Below are positions 1 to 12,101 of a DNA stretch of 64,000 bases, piece after piece. Location of the stretch: positions 186,001 through 250,000 of the forward strand of contig BQFW01000003.1 in NCBI GenBank assembly GCA_020891255.1, in the 5' to 3' direction. Position numbers and translations under genes: made by a program. The notes below the pieces were generated by a model. It saw nothing but the letters and a program-made list of their open reading frames with translations, was not told the origin of the DNA and ran no database searches. Each line of letters starts with the position of its first letter. Positions within the stretch are counted from its first letter, which is position 1. The DNA comes from Entomortierella parvispora E1425. Lineage: Eukaryota; Fungi; Mortierellomycota.

Positions 1-77
1 GTGCATGTATGTCTGTCTACGTGTATGTGTCTATGTGTCTGTCCACCCCACAAGCGAGAAACGTGTCCATGTGCAAC

Positions 78-510
78 ATTCATTCATTCATTCATTCATT
101 CATTCATTCATCCCTCTTCCCTTCTTTGCATGGCATCCGTGCACTCACCCTACACACACTTACACACACTTACACACACTTACACACGCGCACCACTTTC
201 ACTCCTCCTCTCCATCTCTCTTCACTCACCTTCCTTCACCTTGCTGCTCTTCCTCCTTAGAAATCATCCTCTGCTCTCACTCACAATCTCTCTCACTCTC
301 TCTCTCTCACTCTCAATCTCTCTCTTCCATCCATTCCGTCTCTCCTTGCTCCTTTCTCCTTTCTCCTTTGTCATCGTCCCTGCACCCGTTGCTTTGTCCT
401 CTGTCTGCTCTCAATCAGTCTACCAATCAATCAATCATTCACCCTCTTTTCGTTCTTTCTTTTCTCCCTCCATTCACTCAAATCACTCAAATCACTCAAA
501 TCACTCAATC
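78..510. repeat. Cluster of short tandem repeats in the CT-rich leader of the LRR gene: (TTCA)n about 78-110, 10-mer TACACACACT x3-4 about 151-187, (TCAA)n about 411-435, 9-mer AAATCACTC x3 about 479-510
   Basis: Repeats read directly in the sequence. The ORFs 1..645, 5..556 and 9..260 are low-complexity artefacts of these repeats. Confidence 0.85.
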
Positions 511-628
511 ACCCGTACCTTCTCGGTCCTTTTCATCCACTCATCCACGCATCTAGTCCCCTTCCTTCTTCTCATAGTGATCGTAATCATCCTTCATCCC
601 TCCATTCCCTCTGGAATGACTCCTGTTC

Positions 629-3600
629 ATGGCTTCATCCTATAACCCCAGGGATCCTCTTGCCTCGGCCATCTCGACCCCGGACCAACAGTCACTCTCC
701 CTCGCGTCTTCGACGTCTTCCTCCTCCGTCTCCTCCGTCTCCTCCTCCTTGACCCCGGCAGTACTAGACCCGATCGTATTTTCTCTTGACTGCAACGACA
801 CGACCTTCCGTGCTAGTGAAACTCTACCTCTTTCTCCACGGTCCCCTCCCACGTCTGCGCACAGTCTGTCTCGGTCTAACCTAACCGGTATCCGAACCAT
901 GGCGCCTAACCCCGCTGACACCGCTGACACCGAGACCGCATTGCCACGAGCCCTTTTCGGCGAAGCTGTCTCTTCCTCGTCCCTATCTTCTCCTGCTTCT
1001 TCACTCCCTCTCTCTACTTTTCCGTCAGCGTCGATTGCGCCGACCTCGGACCCTACTTCCAGAACGACGCTCGTCCCCAGCACGGTCGCACAGTCGCATG
1101 ATGAAGGAGAGCGCCCTGTCCACTTTGGACAGGGGCTACCAACAGCATCATCGACCACAAGAACAACAGCGACAACAACAAAAACAAACAACACGGGGCA
1201 TGACCCCCCGGACCACGAGCAACACCAGCACTGGCCATCGCAGGTGGACGGGCCCTCCGAGCACTTTCCTGACCAAGAAGAACAAGAGCAGGACCTTCAC
1301 TCTCAATTTCAGCTTCAGGCTTACATTGAAGATCTTGAACAGGAAGAGGCTGCTATCGAGGACTCACTCCAGGTCGAGGCTGCCGTCCAGGCGTCCTTGA
1401 TCCAACTTGACAACAACCCTGCTCACGACCACCATCACTTGCCAACATGGTCTACCTCCGTCTTTGATCAACAGAACCTGGCCGAAGACGTCAACATGCT
1501 GGCCCATATGAGCAGCCAACTTCATTTGACAGGACACGGAGGTCATGATACCAACCTCACGCAGGCGCTTTTAAACACTGCAGTGAACAGTAGTGAAGCA
1601 GGAGGAGGAGGAGGGGGTCTCTTAAGAGACATTGCAGGGGGTTTCGATGACGACGAATACAACGACGATGACGATGATGAAGAGTGCCCTCCCCCGAGCG
1701 AGACAAAGTACTTTTTCTACGATGACCCTGTTCCGCCTGTTGGAATTGCAGAGGCTGTGGCAGAGCTCAATGGCGATCTGATGGATGTGCTGTGGAAGGT
1801 GAACGAGGCTGCTCGCGATGGGTTTGCAGCTGTAGATCGGTACTACTGGGAAAGCAGCAGCGCCCTTGAGATGGCAGGAACAAGTCCTCCCGACGTGGGA
1901 ACACAGGGGGGAGAAGAGTCTGTGTTCAGTCAGATTCAACAAGACTATCTCTACCGGGAAAAGTTGAAGGCAAAAAAGGAGCCTCCCACTGCTGCAGCGA
2001 CTGCACAAGAAGAAGCCTTGCGATGGTGGCCGCGGGACAAATTTCCGGGAGCGGGAACAGGATCTCTTTCTTTGTCTCCCCGATCTGAGGACGAGCCTTT
2101 GTACCCGGACTGTGATGACGCTGACGACTTTCAGGGACGACTCAGTCATCATGCTGGACCCGACATTCTGATCAACCTCGCGGGAAACATTCTCTCGCCT
2201 ATCTCGATCCACGATTTGTATTTTAGTCGGTATTATGCCTGTTTAGTACATTTGAACCTCTGGGACACCAATCTCGGGACTTGGGGAGCGCAGGCAGTCG
2301 GAGGCCTCATGGCCGACAGTGCATGTCGGATCCAGTATCTGAACCTGGGACGAAATCATCTTGGATTTGAGGGAATTGTTCAGCTCTGGGGTATATACAA
2401 GAATCGTTCGTTGGTCGAGTTGGATCTGCGGGAGAATGGTCTTGGCCAGAAAGAGGCTCACACGCTTCAACAGGTAAACAAGCATTTTCGTCCGCTCCAT
2501 GGCCTCCTCCCTTCTTTGTTGTTGTCGTATTAGGCCCTCTAATAGTGTGTTGCGTTATAGATCATGGTTCGACCGGAAACAGAAAAACCGTGCAACATCC
2601 GACGACTTGACCTCAGGGACAATGTCATCAACGATGTGGGTTGCCTCTCGATCGCAAAGATTATTCAATGCACAGTCCTCTCGCATCTAGACTTGTCTGG
2701 CAACCGGATCTCGGATTGGGGCGCGTCTACGATTCTCGCGGCCTTTGAGACCAACGAGCTTCCGCTCCGGGATATCAATTTGGGAGCCAATCCCCTTTCG
2801 TTTGCTGGAGGGGTCGACATTTGCAAGATTCTGGCCCTGCCGCGGTCCAGGATCACGCATTTGGATCTACGAGGTGCCAAACTCACGGATGTCGGGATCC
2901 CCTATGTGGCCGAGGCCTTGCGATCCCATCATTGCCCGATCGTGTCCCTGAATCTATATGACTGTCAGTTGACAGACACAGGGATCGTCAAGATGGCGTT
3001 GGTGCTGAGCGTGAACAAGTCGTTGCGGGTCTTGGGGCTTGGGTGTAACTGTATTGGCGACTTGGGAATCGTCACATTGAGCCACGGTCTCCGATTGAAC
3101 AATACGCTGCAAGAGCTGGACGTGAGCCAGAATGACACGCCGCTGAGTCGAGCCGGTGTGGAAGAATTGATGGTGACGATGCGGTCAAACACCACATTAC
3201 TGCACTTGCGCGTGGGTGAGGACGGACATTCGCACGAGCTCACCGGCAATAATAACGATGGTCATGGCGGTTTTGGAGAGCATGAGGCTGATTTCCAGTA
3301 CTTGTTCCAACAGCCACTCTTGCCATCCCATCACCCATTGGGCCTATCATGGACTGATCAGCAGCAGGCAGCAACGGGATTGAGTACACCCACTCCTCCA
3401 TTGCCGACACCCACAATCATAGGAGAAGTCATGGCGCCGACCCATGCAGCCGTGGCCCAACCGTTGCAGGTACCACCGTTACCCCTACCCATGTCGACAA
3501 TCAATCATCCTGCCTCGACCACCATGGTGCCAGCGGTTATTCAGACGACTGCAATGGAGCCAATCCAAGGACTCTTTCCTCAATTGCTACCCAATGGTGG

Positions 3601-4267
3601 TGCCGGTGCGGCAGTGCCAGTGACGGTGGCAACAGGCGGAGCGGGTCCTCACGAAGGCTTGACGGAACAGGATGCTGAAAGGGAGAGAGTCCGGCTCTCT
3701 TTGGCACTCTCATCCCTGAAAACCTATGTTCGCCACAACTATAGACGAGTCAACAAGCTGCACTGTCTGTGCTTTGAGATTCTGGTGACTGCTCGGGTTT
3801 TGCTCTTTGCCAAAGATGTGGTGAGAGCACAGTCCATGGAGACTGGATCAGCGCTTGGCGGCGAGGGAAAGGGATTCGAGTTGGACATCCTATCGTCCCG
3901 GAGCCAGAGCCCTAACGAAGGATCAGCCCTGGTTCCACTTCATTCTGGACTGCCAACACCACCGTCTTCAGGCTCGGAAGGAGCGTGGCCATTACTGGAC
4001 TCGATCTCGCTGGTCAAGTCGGGGGATCCAACGTCGGTGATGGCACCTCGAAAGCCCTGTGGAACACTGGCGGGTTTGCCATGGGAGGTCAAGGAGATGA
4101 TTTTGAGGCGTCTCGATCGTAAGGGTTTAATGAGCGAGCGACAATTCCAGACAGTGATGAACTATGGAGGATCGTCTTGGGAGACAAAACGTGAACCTTG
4201 GGAGAAATGGGGCGAGATTCGAGAGATTGTTCTAGAAAAGACGCGATGCTACTATTATGAGCCATGA
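629..4267 (+). CDS. RNI-like leucine-rich-repeat protein, about 1183 aa, with long disordered acidic N-terminus
   Basis: join(629..2473,2561..4267). Phase-0 intron GTAAAC...CTAAT...TATAG joins ORFs 629..2533 and 2564..4267 in frame. Repeated LxxLdLsxNxIxdxG units (LRRLDLRDNVINDVG, LSHLDLSGNRISDWG, LRVLGLGCNCIGDLG). Confidence 0.85.
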
Positions 4268-4812
4268 GCGATAGAAAGAGATTGGCAGGGCGATGATTGT
4301 GGAAGCCAGGAGGGTGTCTGTGTGCCCAGGATGGAAGGAGAAACCAGCTGTCGCCTTTGATGATCAGATATACCAAACCATAGCATGTTTTTTTTTATTA
4401 GCTTGTCTTGAAAGAATCGCATGGAAACAGCAGACATTGATGCTTTTGATTGCTTTGATGGGCAAAGGGCAATGGCATTGTTTTTTTTCCTTTTCCGTTG
4501 CAAGGGAACGCGACCTGCTGTCCTCGGACGCAAAGGTCGCGGCGGAGTTGTTGGCGGATAAACGGAAATACTCTCGGCCCGGATTAAGCTTTGCTCCCGT
4601 CCTTGCTCTGTGCGCCTGGTCGGATCTTTAGGACTTTTGTCGGTCGGATGGACTTTGAGGTTGTTTTTTTTCTTTTTCCCTACTGACTGGGGAGTCCTTG
4701 GGTTCATTCTCGCTGCTCAAAAGGGTCTCGAACTCATTCTTGTGATTGAAGAAAGTAAAAAAGCCTCGGACCTGTCAACTGCGTCCACGGGTAAACCTGT
4801 TCCAGATCGTTG

Positions 4813-4820
4813 TATAAAAG
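4813..4820 (+). promoter_or_regulatory. TATA box (TATAAAAG) of the MBL-fold hydrolase gene
   Basis: About 120 nt upstream of the ATG at 4940, followed by a pyrimidine-rich tract. Confidence 0.5.
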
Positions 4821-4939
4821 GAAGAGAGTCCTTCCTCTCTTTCTTTTTGACTCCCCAAAAGCAACTTGCCTCTTCTTTCCTTCCTTCACCTCCGTTTCAA
4901 CACTTTTTTTTTTTTTTCAAGGAAACACTTGTATACATC

Positions 4940-5906
4940 ATGGGATCCTCCAAGACTGCAGAACCTATCGTGCCCGATTTGGAAAAGTACCTTGAGCTCC
5001 GACCAGGACTTTTCCGTTGCACCTATGTTTTCTCGCTCGGCCCCCTCAGTTTGCCCGTCGCCACGTTCTTGATCCGTGGTCACCCTACGGAGGAAGGGGG
5101 TCATGAGTGGCTGATGGTCGATGCAGGACTTCCTCCCTATGCCGAGAAGGTGGTCAAGTCTGTGGAGGCTGTGTTGACTCATCCCAAGGATACGCTCAAG
5201 TACATTTGCATCACCCACGCTCACATGGATCACACCGGCGCTACTTTGGTCTTGCTGGACCGCTGGCCCACAGCCAAGGTCATTGGACATCCAGAGGAGA
5301 AGCCCTTCTTGTGCGATGGAAAGTCTTTCAAGTCGTGTGTTGGTGACACGTAAGTGAAAGAGTGATTTCGGCCTTTTTTTTTTTTTTTTTTTTTCTGTTG
5401 TTGTTTTCATTTTGGTGGCAAACGCTTCCTTTCTTTTTTTTTCCTAACCACCTTTGACCCTTTTTTCTTTTTTTTTTCTCCATTTGCATCTATTGTATAG
5501 TTGGGTCTTTACAATCATGAAACATTTGTCTGGTCCTTCCAAGGTCCAGGTTCCGGAATCAAAGATGCTTTTCCTGCGCGAGAACGAGACCTGGGAATAT
5601 TCCGGCCTGTTTGAAATCATCGAGACCCACGGCCATACGCCCGGCTCGATTTCGTTCTTGCATGTTCCTTCAAAGTCCTTGATGATTGGCGATGCTTCCA
5701 AGAACCACATGTTCTTGAAGAAGCAACCGAACCTGTCGTACCCGTTGTCGACCGGTACCTGCCATATGGGCACGGCGATCAAGTCGATGGACAAGATCAT
5801 CTCGTTGAAGGAGCGTGTGGATACCGTCTTTCCCGCTCATGACTATAACCCAGAGGGCGTCACCATTGCCGATATTGAGCATTTGAGAACCTCGGACCCT
5901 CGTTAA
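4940..5906 (+). CDS. Metallo-beta-lactamase-fold hydrolase, 271 aa
   Basis: join(4940..5349,5501..5906), with a phase-2 GTAAGT...TATAG intron. All MBL metal motifs are present: MVDAG, THAHMDH (HxHxDH), THGHTPG, IGDA, PAH. Confidence 0.9.
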
Positions 5907-6596
5907 GCAAACAGTAGGAGGAACGAAAAAGGGGACCAGGAGAAGAAAGGCAGAGCCGCCAAAAAAAACACAGGAATTGGTCCCAGGAGAGACAGCACAG
6001 CACAGCAACCAACCATACTCCCCCCATTATAGTCAATATTTTTGTACAGGACAGATTATACCAGTATCATCATAGTTTGCTGTTCAATTGTTAAAACAAA
6101 AAAAGCTTTCATCATTCACAACCAACTCTCTGGACCTCGAAAGGTGTCATCCACGGGCACAGGCGATTGCCGCACTTGAATTTCTTAGGCTTTTTGATAC
6201 ATTTTTTTTATATTTTTATTATTTCTTGGGATTTCCCTTTCTTTTTTCTTTTATCTTGAAATGTTCATCATCCTTTTCTTTGGAAGAAGACTCTGTTCAC
6301 CAGGAAACGCTTTTACCCAGTTCCTAGAGAATAACCCTCCATGGACTCCTGAACATTAAGAAAAAAAGGTAAAAAAAGGAACCTCAAAAAAAGGAATAAG
6401 GTAAGAGAAGGGGCGGGACATCATTAAGAAATGCAATCTCTAGAAAATTATAAATGGTAAGGACACAATGGAGGGAAGAGAAGAGAGGTGTTGGGTAACT
6501 TTTTGGGGTGGTGGTGGAATGTAACGGAGTGAAGAGATTGAAAAACAAAACAAAGTGAAGGGAGGGAAAGAAAAAAAAGAACTCTCATTCTTTTTC

Positions 6597-8336
6597 TTAA
6601 AGAGCCAACATCATGACGGCAATGACACCGGACAAGGCGACCGAGCCGACGAGCTTAACAGCACCGCTGGTCGATTTGGGGGGGTTCGAGCCAGTCGCGG
6701 AGGGGCTGCTGCCAGAGGCGGAGGCTGAGGGAGCGACGTAACCGTCGACGATCAAGTTGGCGCAAGCAATGCGGGTACCGTTGTTGTGGATGACGACGGA
6801 GCGACCGAGGATGCTGCCGGAGGCGGGGCCGGCATAGACCAAGGCGCTGTCGGTGTACGAGTTGGGGGCAATGACACCGTCGGCGGTGGGGAGGATGTTG
6901 CCGTGCTTGCCGGACAAGTCACCGACCTGGCAGGTGGTCAAGTTCTTGGGGTCGCAGGGCTTGGCGGTGCCGACGTTCAAGGGGTCCAAGTGAAGACCGG
7001 TGGCCATGCAGTCGCCGCTGGCGGGGACGGCGTCGACGTGGATGTGGTACTCGAATCCGACCTGGGGGAGGATGGCGTAGGTGGTGTTCAAGCCAGTGGC
7101 GTTGTAGTCGACCTTCATGCCCTCGGCGGTCAAGTCGAAAGTGAAGAAAGCCTCAACACCGACTAAAAAAGAAAGAAAAGTCGCGCGTGCGGAGATCGTG
7201 GGGTTAGTTCATTTTCTTTTTCTTTTTTCTTTTTCTTTTTTGATCTGAAGGGTGACCTTCCCATCGGAGTAAAAAGGGTAGCTGGACTGGGACGAAATGG
7301 GCGAACAATTTGCGCCGCGCCAATTGATTATCAGATCGAAAGAAAAAAAAGATCCCCAGAGCACTGCTGGAATGGGAGGGAAGGGAACTGAGGGTTGCAC
7401 AAGGTGCCACACAAAAGCATAAAGTTCGTTGTCGTCCCAACGGACACGAAAATACAAAAAGAAAAAAAAGAAAAAAAAACAAGGGAATGGGGCCCAAAAG
7501 GTATTCTTAGTGCCGTCGCAGCGCAGACCTTCAAAAAAAAAAAAGGAGACGATTGCCTTTTTTTTCATTTTTTTCCTAACGGGCCAGGCACAGACAAAAA
7601 GTTGTAGGAGGCATGTTGGGAAAGTTGGTGGTGGCGGTGATGGGCTGGATGAGGGTGGTGGTGGTGAAGAAGAAGGGGGGAGTGGTACAGAGATCCAGTG
7701 ATATCGCCCCCCGCTTGCATCGAAATCCTGGCTCCTTGGGTCCTGCAGCAATAATGGTTTGCTGACAACATTCGGGGCTTGGCTGATATAAATCTCTCTT
7801 GGCTGGCTCCCCTTCTTTCTTCCGTTCCCTTCCGTGCCTCTCTTTGAAAAATGGGAATGAACTCTCCAAGAAATACAAAATAGGGCTCAGTGGATCGTAT
7901 TGGGCGCAGAAGGCTGTCGTCCACTGTCCAATACCAGCAAACTGGCAACCACATTCTCTCCCAACGACGTTGAAAGTACCATACGCGAGTTATATGGGAG
8001 TGGGGTACCCGGGGTTCGAAAAAAAATAATAATGAACCAAGCCCAAAAAAAAAGAGGGAAAAAGAAATAACCTGGGAGCCATTGGGTTCGCCATCGGGCC
8101 GATAAAGGCAGGAAGAGGGCAAACAGGGATGCGGCCCTGTATCCACCCTCTCTCCTGTGAAAGAAAAAAGAATTGCCCTTTCTCCTTCCTCAAGCTGAAA
8201 AGAAGGAATGACAAATTGCGGGGGTGCGGGGACACCTACCAGCGTTCTTGAGGTGGGCAGCACCGTGAGTGTAGTTGGCGGTCTGGGCAGAGACGAGACC
8301 GACGGCGGCAAGAGCGGCAATGGATTTGAAAAGCAT
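6597..8336 (-). CDS. Secreted, GPI-anchored Cu-only superoxide dismutase (SOD4/5-like), 220 aa
   Basis: complement(join(6597..7162,8240..8336)). Exon 1 encodes signal peptide MLFKSIAALAAVGLVSA, then a phase-1 intron GTAGGT...TTTTAG. Cu ligands in YHIH, GLHLDP and SVVIH, plus GDLSGKHG and RIACA. Short loop VII, Ser/Thr-rich stalk and hydrophobic C-terminal GPI signal. Confidence 0.9.
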
Positions 8337-10786
8337 GGTGTTGTGTGTGTGGTGGGGTGAGGGTGGGGTAAAGAAGAGTGTATGTGAGACGTAGGGAGAC
8401 TGAGGAGTGAAGAGAAGAAAAGGAAAAGGAGAAAAAAAAAAAAAAAAAGTGCTGAGGAGAGACCGAAGGGGTCCTATTTGTACTCGAAGGGGGGATGCGT
8501 CAAAGAGGGCTGCGATTTGCAGGTGCAGGAGGAGGGGGGCACCGATGGCGCGCGCTAGTGAGAGGATGAAGATGACGAGTATTCAATCGCGCGCAGAATC
8601 CAGGCAATTTGACCACTGGCGGCAAACAACAAGCCAATCGCAACTCTAACCAAGTCAGCTCAATCAACCCCCCACTTCACCCCAGGCATTCCAACAAGAA
8701 TCCCGCCCACAAGACAAGAATAAGCAACTCGAACGATTCGTCCATTGACCATTCTTCTTTGAATGCTCTTTATTCTTTTTTATTTTTTTGGTGCCTGTCG
8801 GCCCCCGCGGCAACACGTTCAGTCGTCCTCTGGCACCCCTTCCCTCTATATTATTTGTGGCACGGCATGCAAAACTGAACAAAATATAATTTTGAGCGCC
8901 GGTCCTGTGCTACGCTGCCCAAACCTTCAACCTCCTCTTTCTCGCCCAGCCCAGGGACAGAAAGGGCTCTCACCGCCCACACCCCCAGGCCTTCTCAAAA
9001 TACAACGACCACACCAGTGGGCTTCCCGGTGAGCGTGCGCAAGGGCTGGCGTTTATTTTTTTTTATTTTTGAAGAACAAAGCTCTCCAGGGTGTAGCGCG
9101 GGAGGGGAGGGATTGCAAAGACAGGCGCCAGGGAAGTGAAGAGAAAGAGAGACGGTCCGTCAACGATGGTCATTAGCTTTCTTTGAAAGTTTTGGCCAAA
9201 TTGACTTACGGTGGACACATGCTTCGCCCATGTTCCTGTTCTGCTTCTATTCAGAAAACTCTTTGATTTTTTTTTGGGCGCGGCCAAGGCGATCGATTGT
9301 CATCCCGAGAGAGAAAGAGATGCTGAAAGATCATTCCTACTGGAATTGCACCGACTGTCTTGTCCCCCTTCTCTCCGTTCATCCCCCTCATCCCCTTCCC
9401 TCTTTTACTATCTCCACCGATCACTTTCTGGTCGCTGTCGCGATTCACCAAAAAAAGAACGGCGCTTTTTTATGATGACTTCAGTACAGTACGGGTCTAT
9501 TTGAGTCAAGCGTCTCGAGACTACCAAACGATTTTTGAAAGTTAGACCGGTACAGAGTGCGAGGGTTCGACCACGAACCACGAAGCTAGTGAGCTCAATT
9601 GCTCTCAACAATATGAGAAAGAGAGAGTGGGAGAGCGTGAGAGGGTTGTGAGAATGGATTAGATAGATGACTTGAGTAACCCTCATTTCCCTAGGATTGC
9701 AGGAAAATCCACAACGGGCAAACTCTGCAAAAAAAAAAACAGGTGAAAACCACAAAAACACACACACACACATAGACACAAGGACAACAACTCGAAACGA
9801 AGTGACCAGAACCCGTTCATGCAAAAATAAATCTATCCAATTGTGGTCCTGTAACTTTGAAGGGTTCTTCTGGTTCTTCTTTGTCTCTTGCTTTCGGATG
9901 ACGAAGAAGAAAAAAGAAATAGAAAAAACATGAATGAAAAGGGACAACTTTCGGCGGATTTATTTTGGGATGACTGGATGGAGTAGGAAGAAAGACCAAT
10001 AATTAATATTCTCCAGGTGAATCTCTCCCCTGGCGCCCCCCACTTCCCCGACCTACGAGCCCTTGTGCCGGTCGCAATCAAACAATGTCAGCGAAGAAAC
10101 AAAGAAAGAAAAACAATGCGTGTGTTTCTCGTTGGAAAATGAGGAAGGAGGGCTCTCTTTCTGTCCACGATGGTCAAGTCTGAATCTTGCGCACTTTGTT
10201 ACTACTGCAACCACCACCGTTACAAAAAAAAACAAGGTCCTCCTCCTTTGTTCCGTCAGTCACCTCCTTCCTAGTGCAGGACCAAGGAAGGGATCACAAA
10301 AAGGACGCTAACGCGATAGCAACATCAAAAGGGTACCGGATAATCCTCTGCAACAAACAACCTCCTTGCCCCTCTGACCCCCTTCCCTTCCTTCTATTTT
10401 TTTATATTCGCTCTATCAAGGCCCATGTAGCTCAATGGTGATCTTAGAGTTCTTCGACTTTGCGGCGCTGATGATTATTTAAGGAATGCAGGCGGTTTGA
10501 ATAAACGAGAGAAAGGAGAAGCATGGGGAAGGTATGTGAACCTTGGTACAATCAACACAGACGCATCGAAACTCTTTGGTAGTAGTCGTCGTAAAGTACG
10601 TACATTGGTCCCCCAAGCCAATTGTGGAGCCCTCGCCGTCTTCCCTCCCTTTTTTCACATTCTTGTGTCCTCAGCCCCGCGACTGGCGGAGGCCCTAAAT
10701 CGGTTGGCGTTGCAGATGATAAAAGACCACATACGTTCGAATAGACAATGAACACAACCTGCAAAGCAACCCCTGTCACTCTCAAT

Positions 10787-10817
10787 CCCCTGCCTTTGAC
10801 CCCTGCCTTTGACCCCT
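10787..10817. repeat. 13-bp tandem repeat CCCCTGCCTTTGA, about 2.4 copies
   Basis: Directly visible in intergenic DNA. Confidence 0.6.
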
Positions 10818-12101
10818 TGTGGAGCTGCAGATCAACCGTGCTCGATCCACTACACGGCGTTCATTACCTGGCACAGGTGAAAACAACGGACCCCCCAGAC
10901 CCGAACTAGACGACAAACACACGCAAAAAAAAAAAAAAAAAAAAAAAAACAAAGTGCTCTCGTTTCGAGAACTGACCCCCTTCCTTCTTTCTCTCTCGGA
11001 TGATGCTTTTTGAAGGCCTGGTTTATTTTTGTATATAGCTCAAGCTCATTGCTGCACGGGTGTCTTTTCTCGATACACCACCTGGTTATTTTTTCCTTTT
11101 CGGAACAAAAACCGTTGGCTTTGGGCGTTGGGCAATAAGCGCCTCTTTCCGTCTCCTTTTTTTATTACTTGATTGCCTTTATGAACGCGTACCTGACCAC
11201 AGGGTGCGAACTGACTGGCACGCCCTATCGCCATGTATGGTACAATGGATATGTAGACCTTGGGCTGAAAGCGCCTCCTCCTCCCCAAGAAAAAACGCCT
11301 CAGACTGGAAGGGGATTTCCCTCGCCCAGGAACTGGATTGCCTTTACAACAACAAGGATACTCTGTTCTTCTGTCCATTTGACCAGTCGTCGCGATATAC
11401 TTCTCTCTATTCCCGCACTCGCCCTTCGACAGTCATTCCATGCGCGACTGGGAGAGGGAATAAAAAAAACCAACTCGATCAGCACAGGAATATCCATTGA
11501 TTGAATGAATGCAATCGAGTCCTGGGGGAGATTCAAAATGTGCGACGCACAGAGCGCGGAAAATGCAAAGCACTGTCTGTAGACAGCGCAGGGCCTCCTG
11601 CATGCTAATTTTGAACCAGTCCTCAAAGTGCTCACAGGTTCACTTACTCTAATTTTGAAGATGGAAGAAAAAAACCTCGCCCAACCCTTCAAAATTCAGA
11701 TAGTCTCTCCTCCTTCTCCTTCCCGCCGCAATCTAAGTTGTTGATTTTTTTTTCCCCAGTGGAGGTGCTGGGATTTTTTTTCTGTTATCAGATCCAATTC
11801 GCTCCTGCTTGAGTTGGGGACTGGACCGGGCGCATCATGATCGATGGGATCCTGTCAGTGAGTCAAGGATAGGCCGATTGTGAAAAAGGACGGCGTCCTC
11901 ATAACCAGTGGCTTCTAGGAGATGCTCTTGTTTGAGCTCCTCAACAACCACGTCCTAGGCTGGCCAAAGCTGAGAGATATCATCAAAAATATGGGAGTAG
12001 CCTTCTTCAATGCGACCCTTTCTTTTTCCTTCTTCTTTTCAATTTCATCAGAGAACATGATCCCACGAGTTGTAAACAGGAAGGTAACACCTTTTCTTCT
12101 T

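Noticed and set aside
4255-4939. ORFs 4255..4707 (-) and the upstream part of 4610..5353 (+)
   Set aside because: Homopolymer-rich intergenic or promoter DNA containing the TATA box, with no protein motifs.
5414-5422. GGTGGCAAA (yeast Rpn4 PACE element)
   Set aside because: It lies in the MBL intron, 20 kb from RPN1 and not in its promoter, so it is likely chance.
10420-10530. tRNA-like start GCCCATGTAGCTCAATGG with a distant CATGGG and a GGTTTGAAT B-box-like motif
   Set aside because: The D-loop is too long, there is no anticodon stem, and no T-arm sits next to the putative acceptor. It cannot be folded as a cloverleaf. tRNAscan-SE would settle it.
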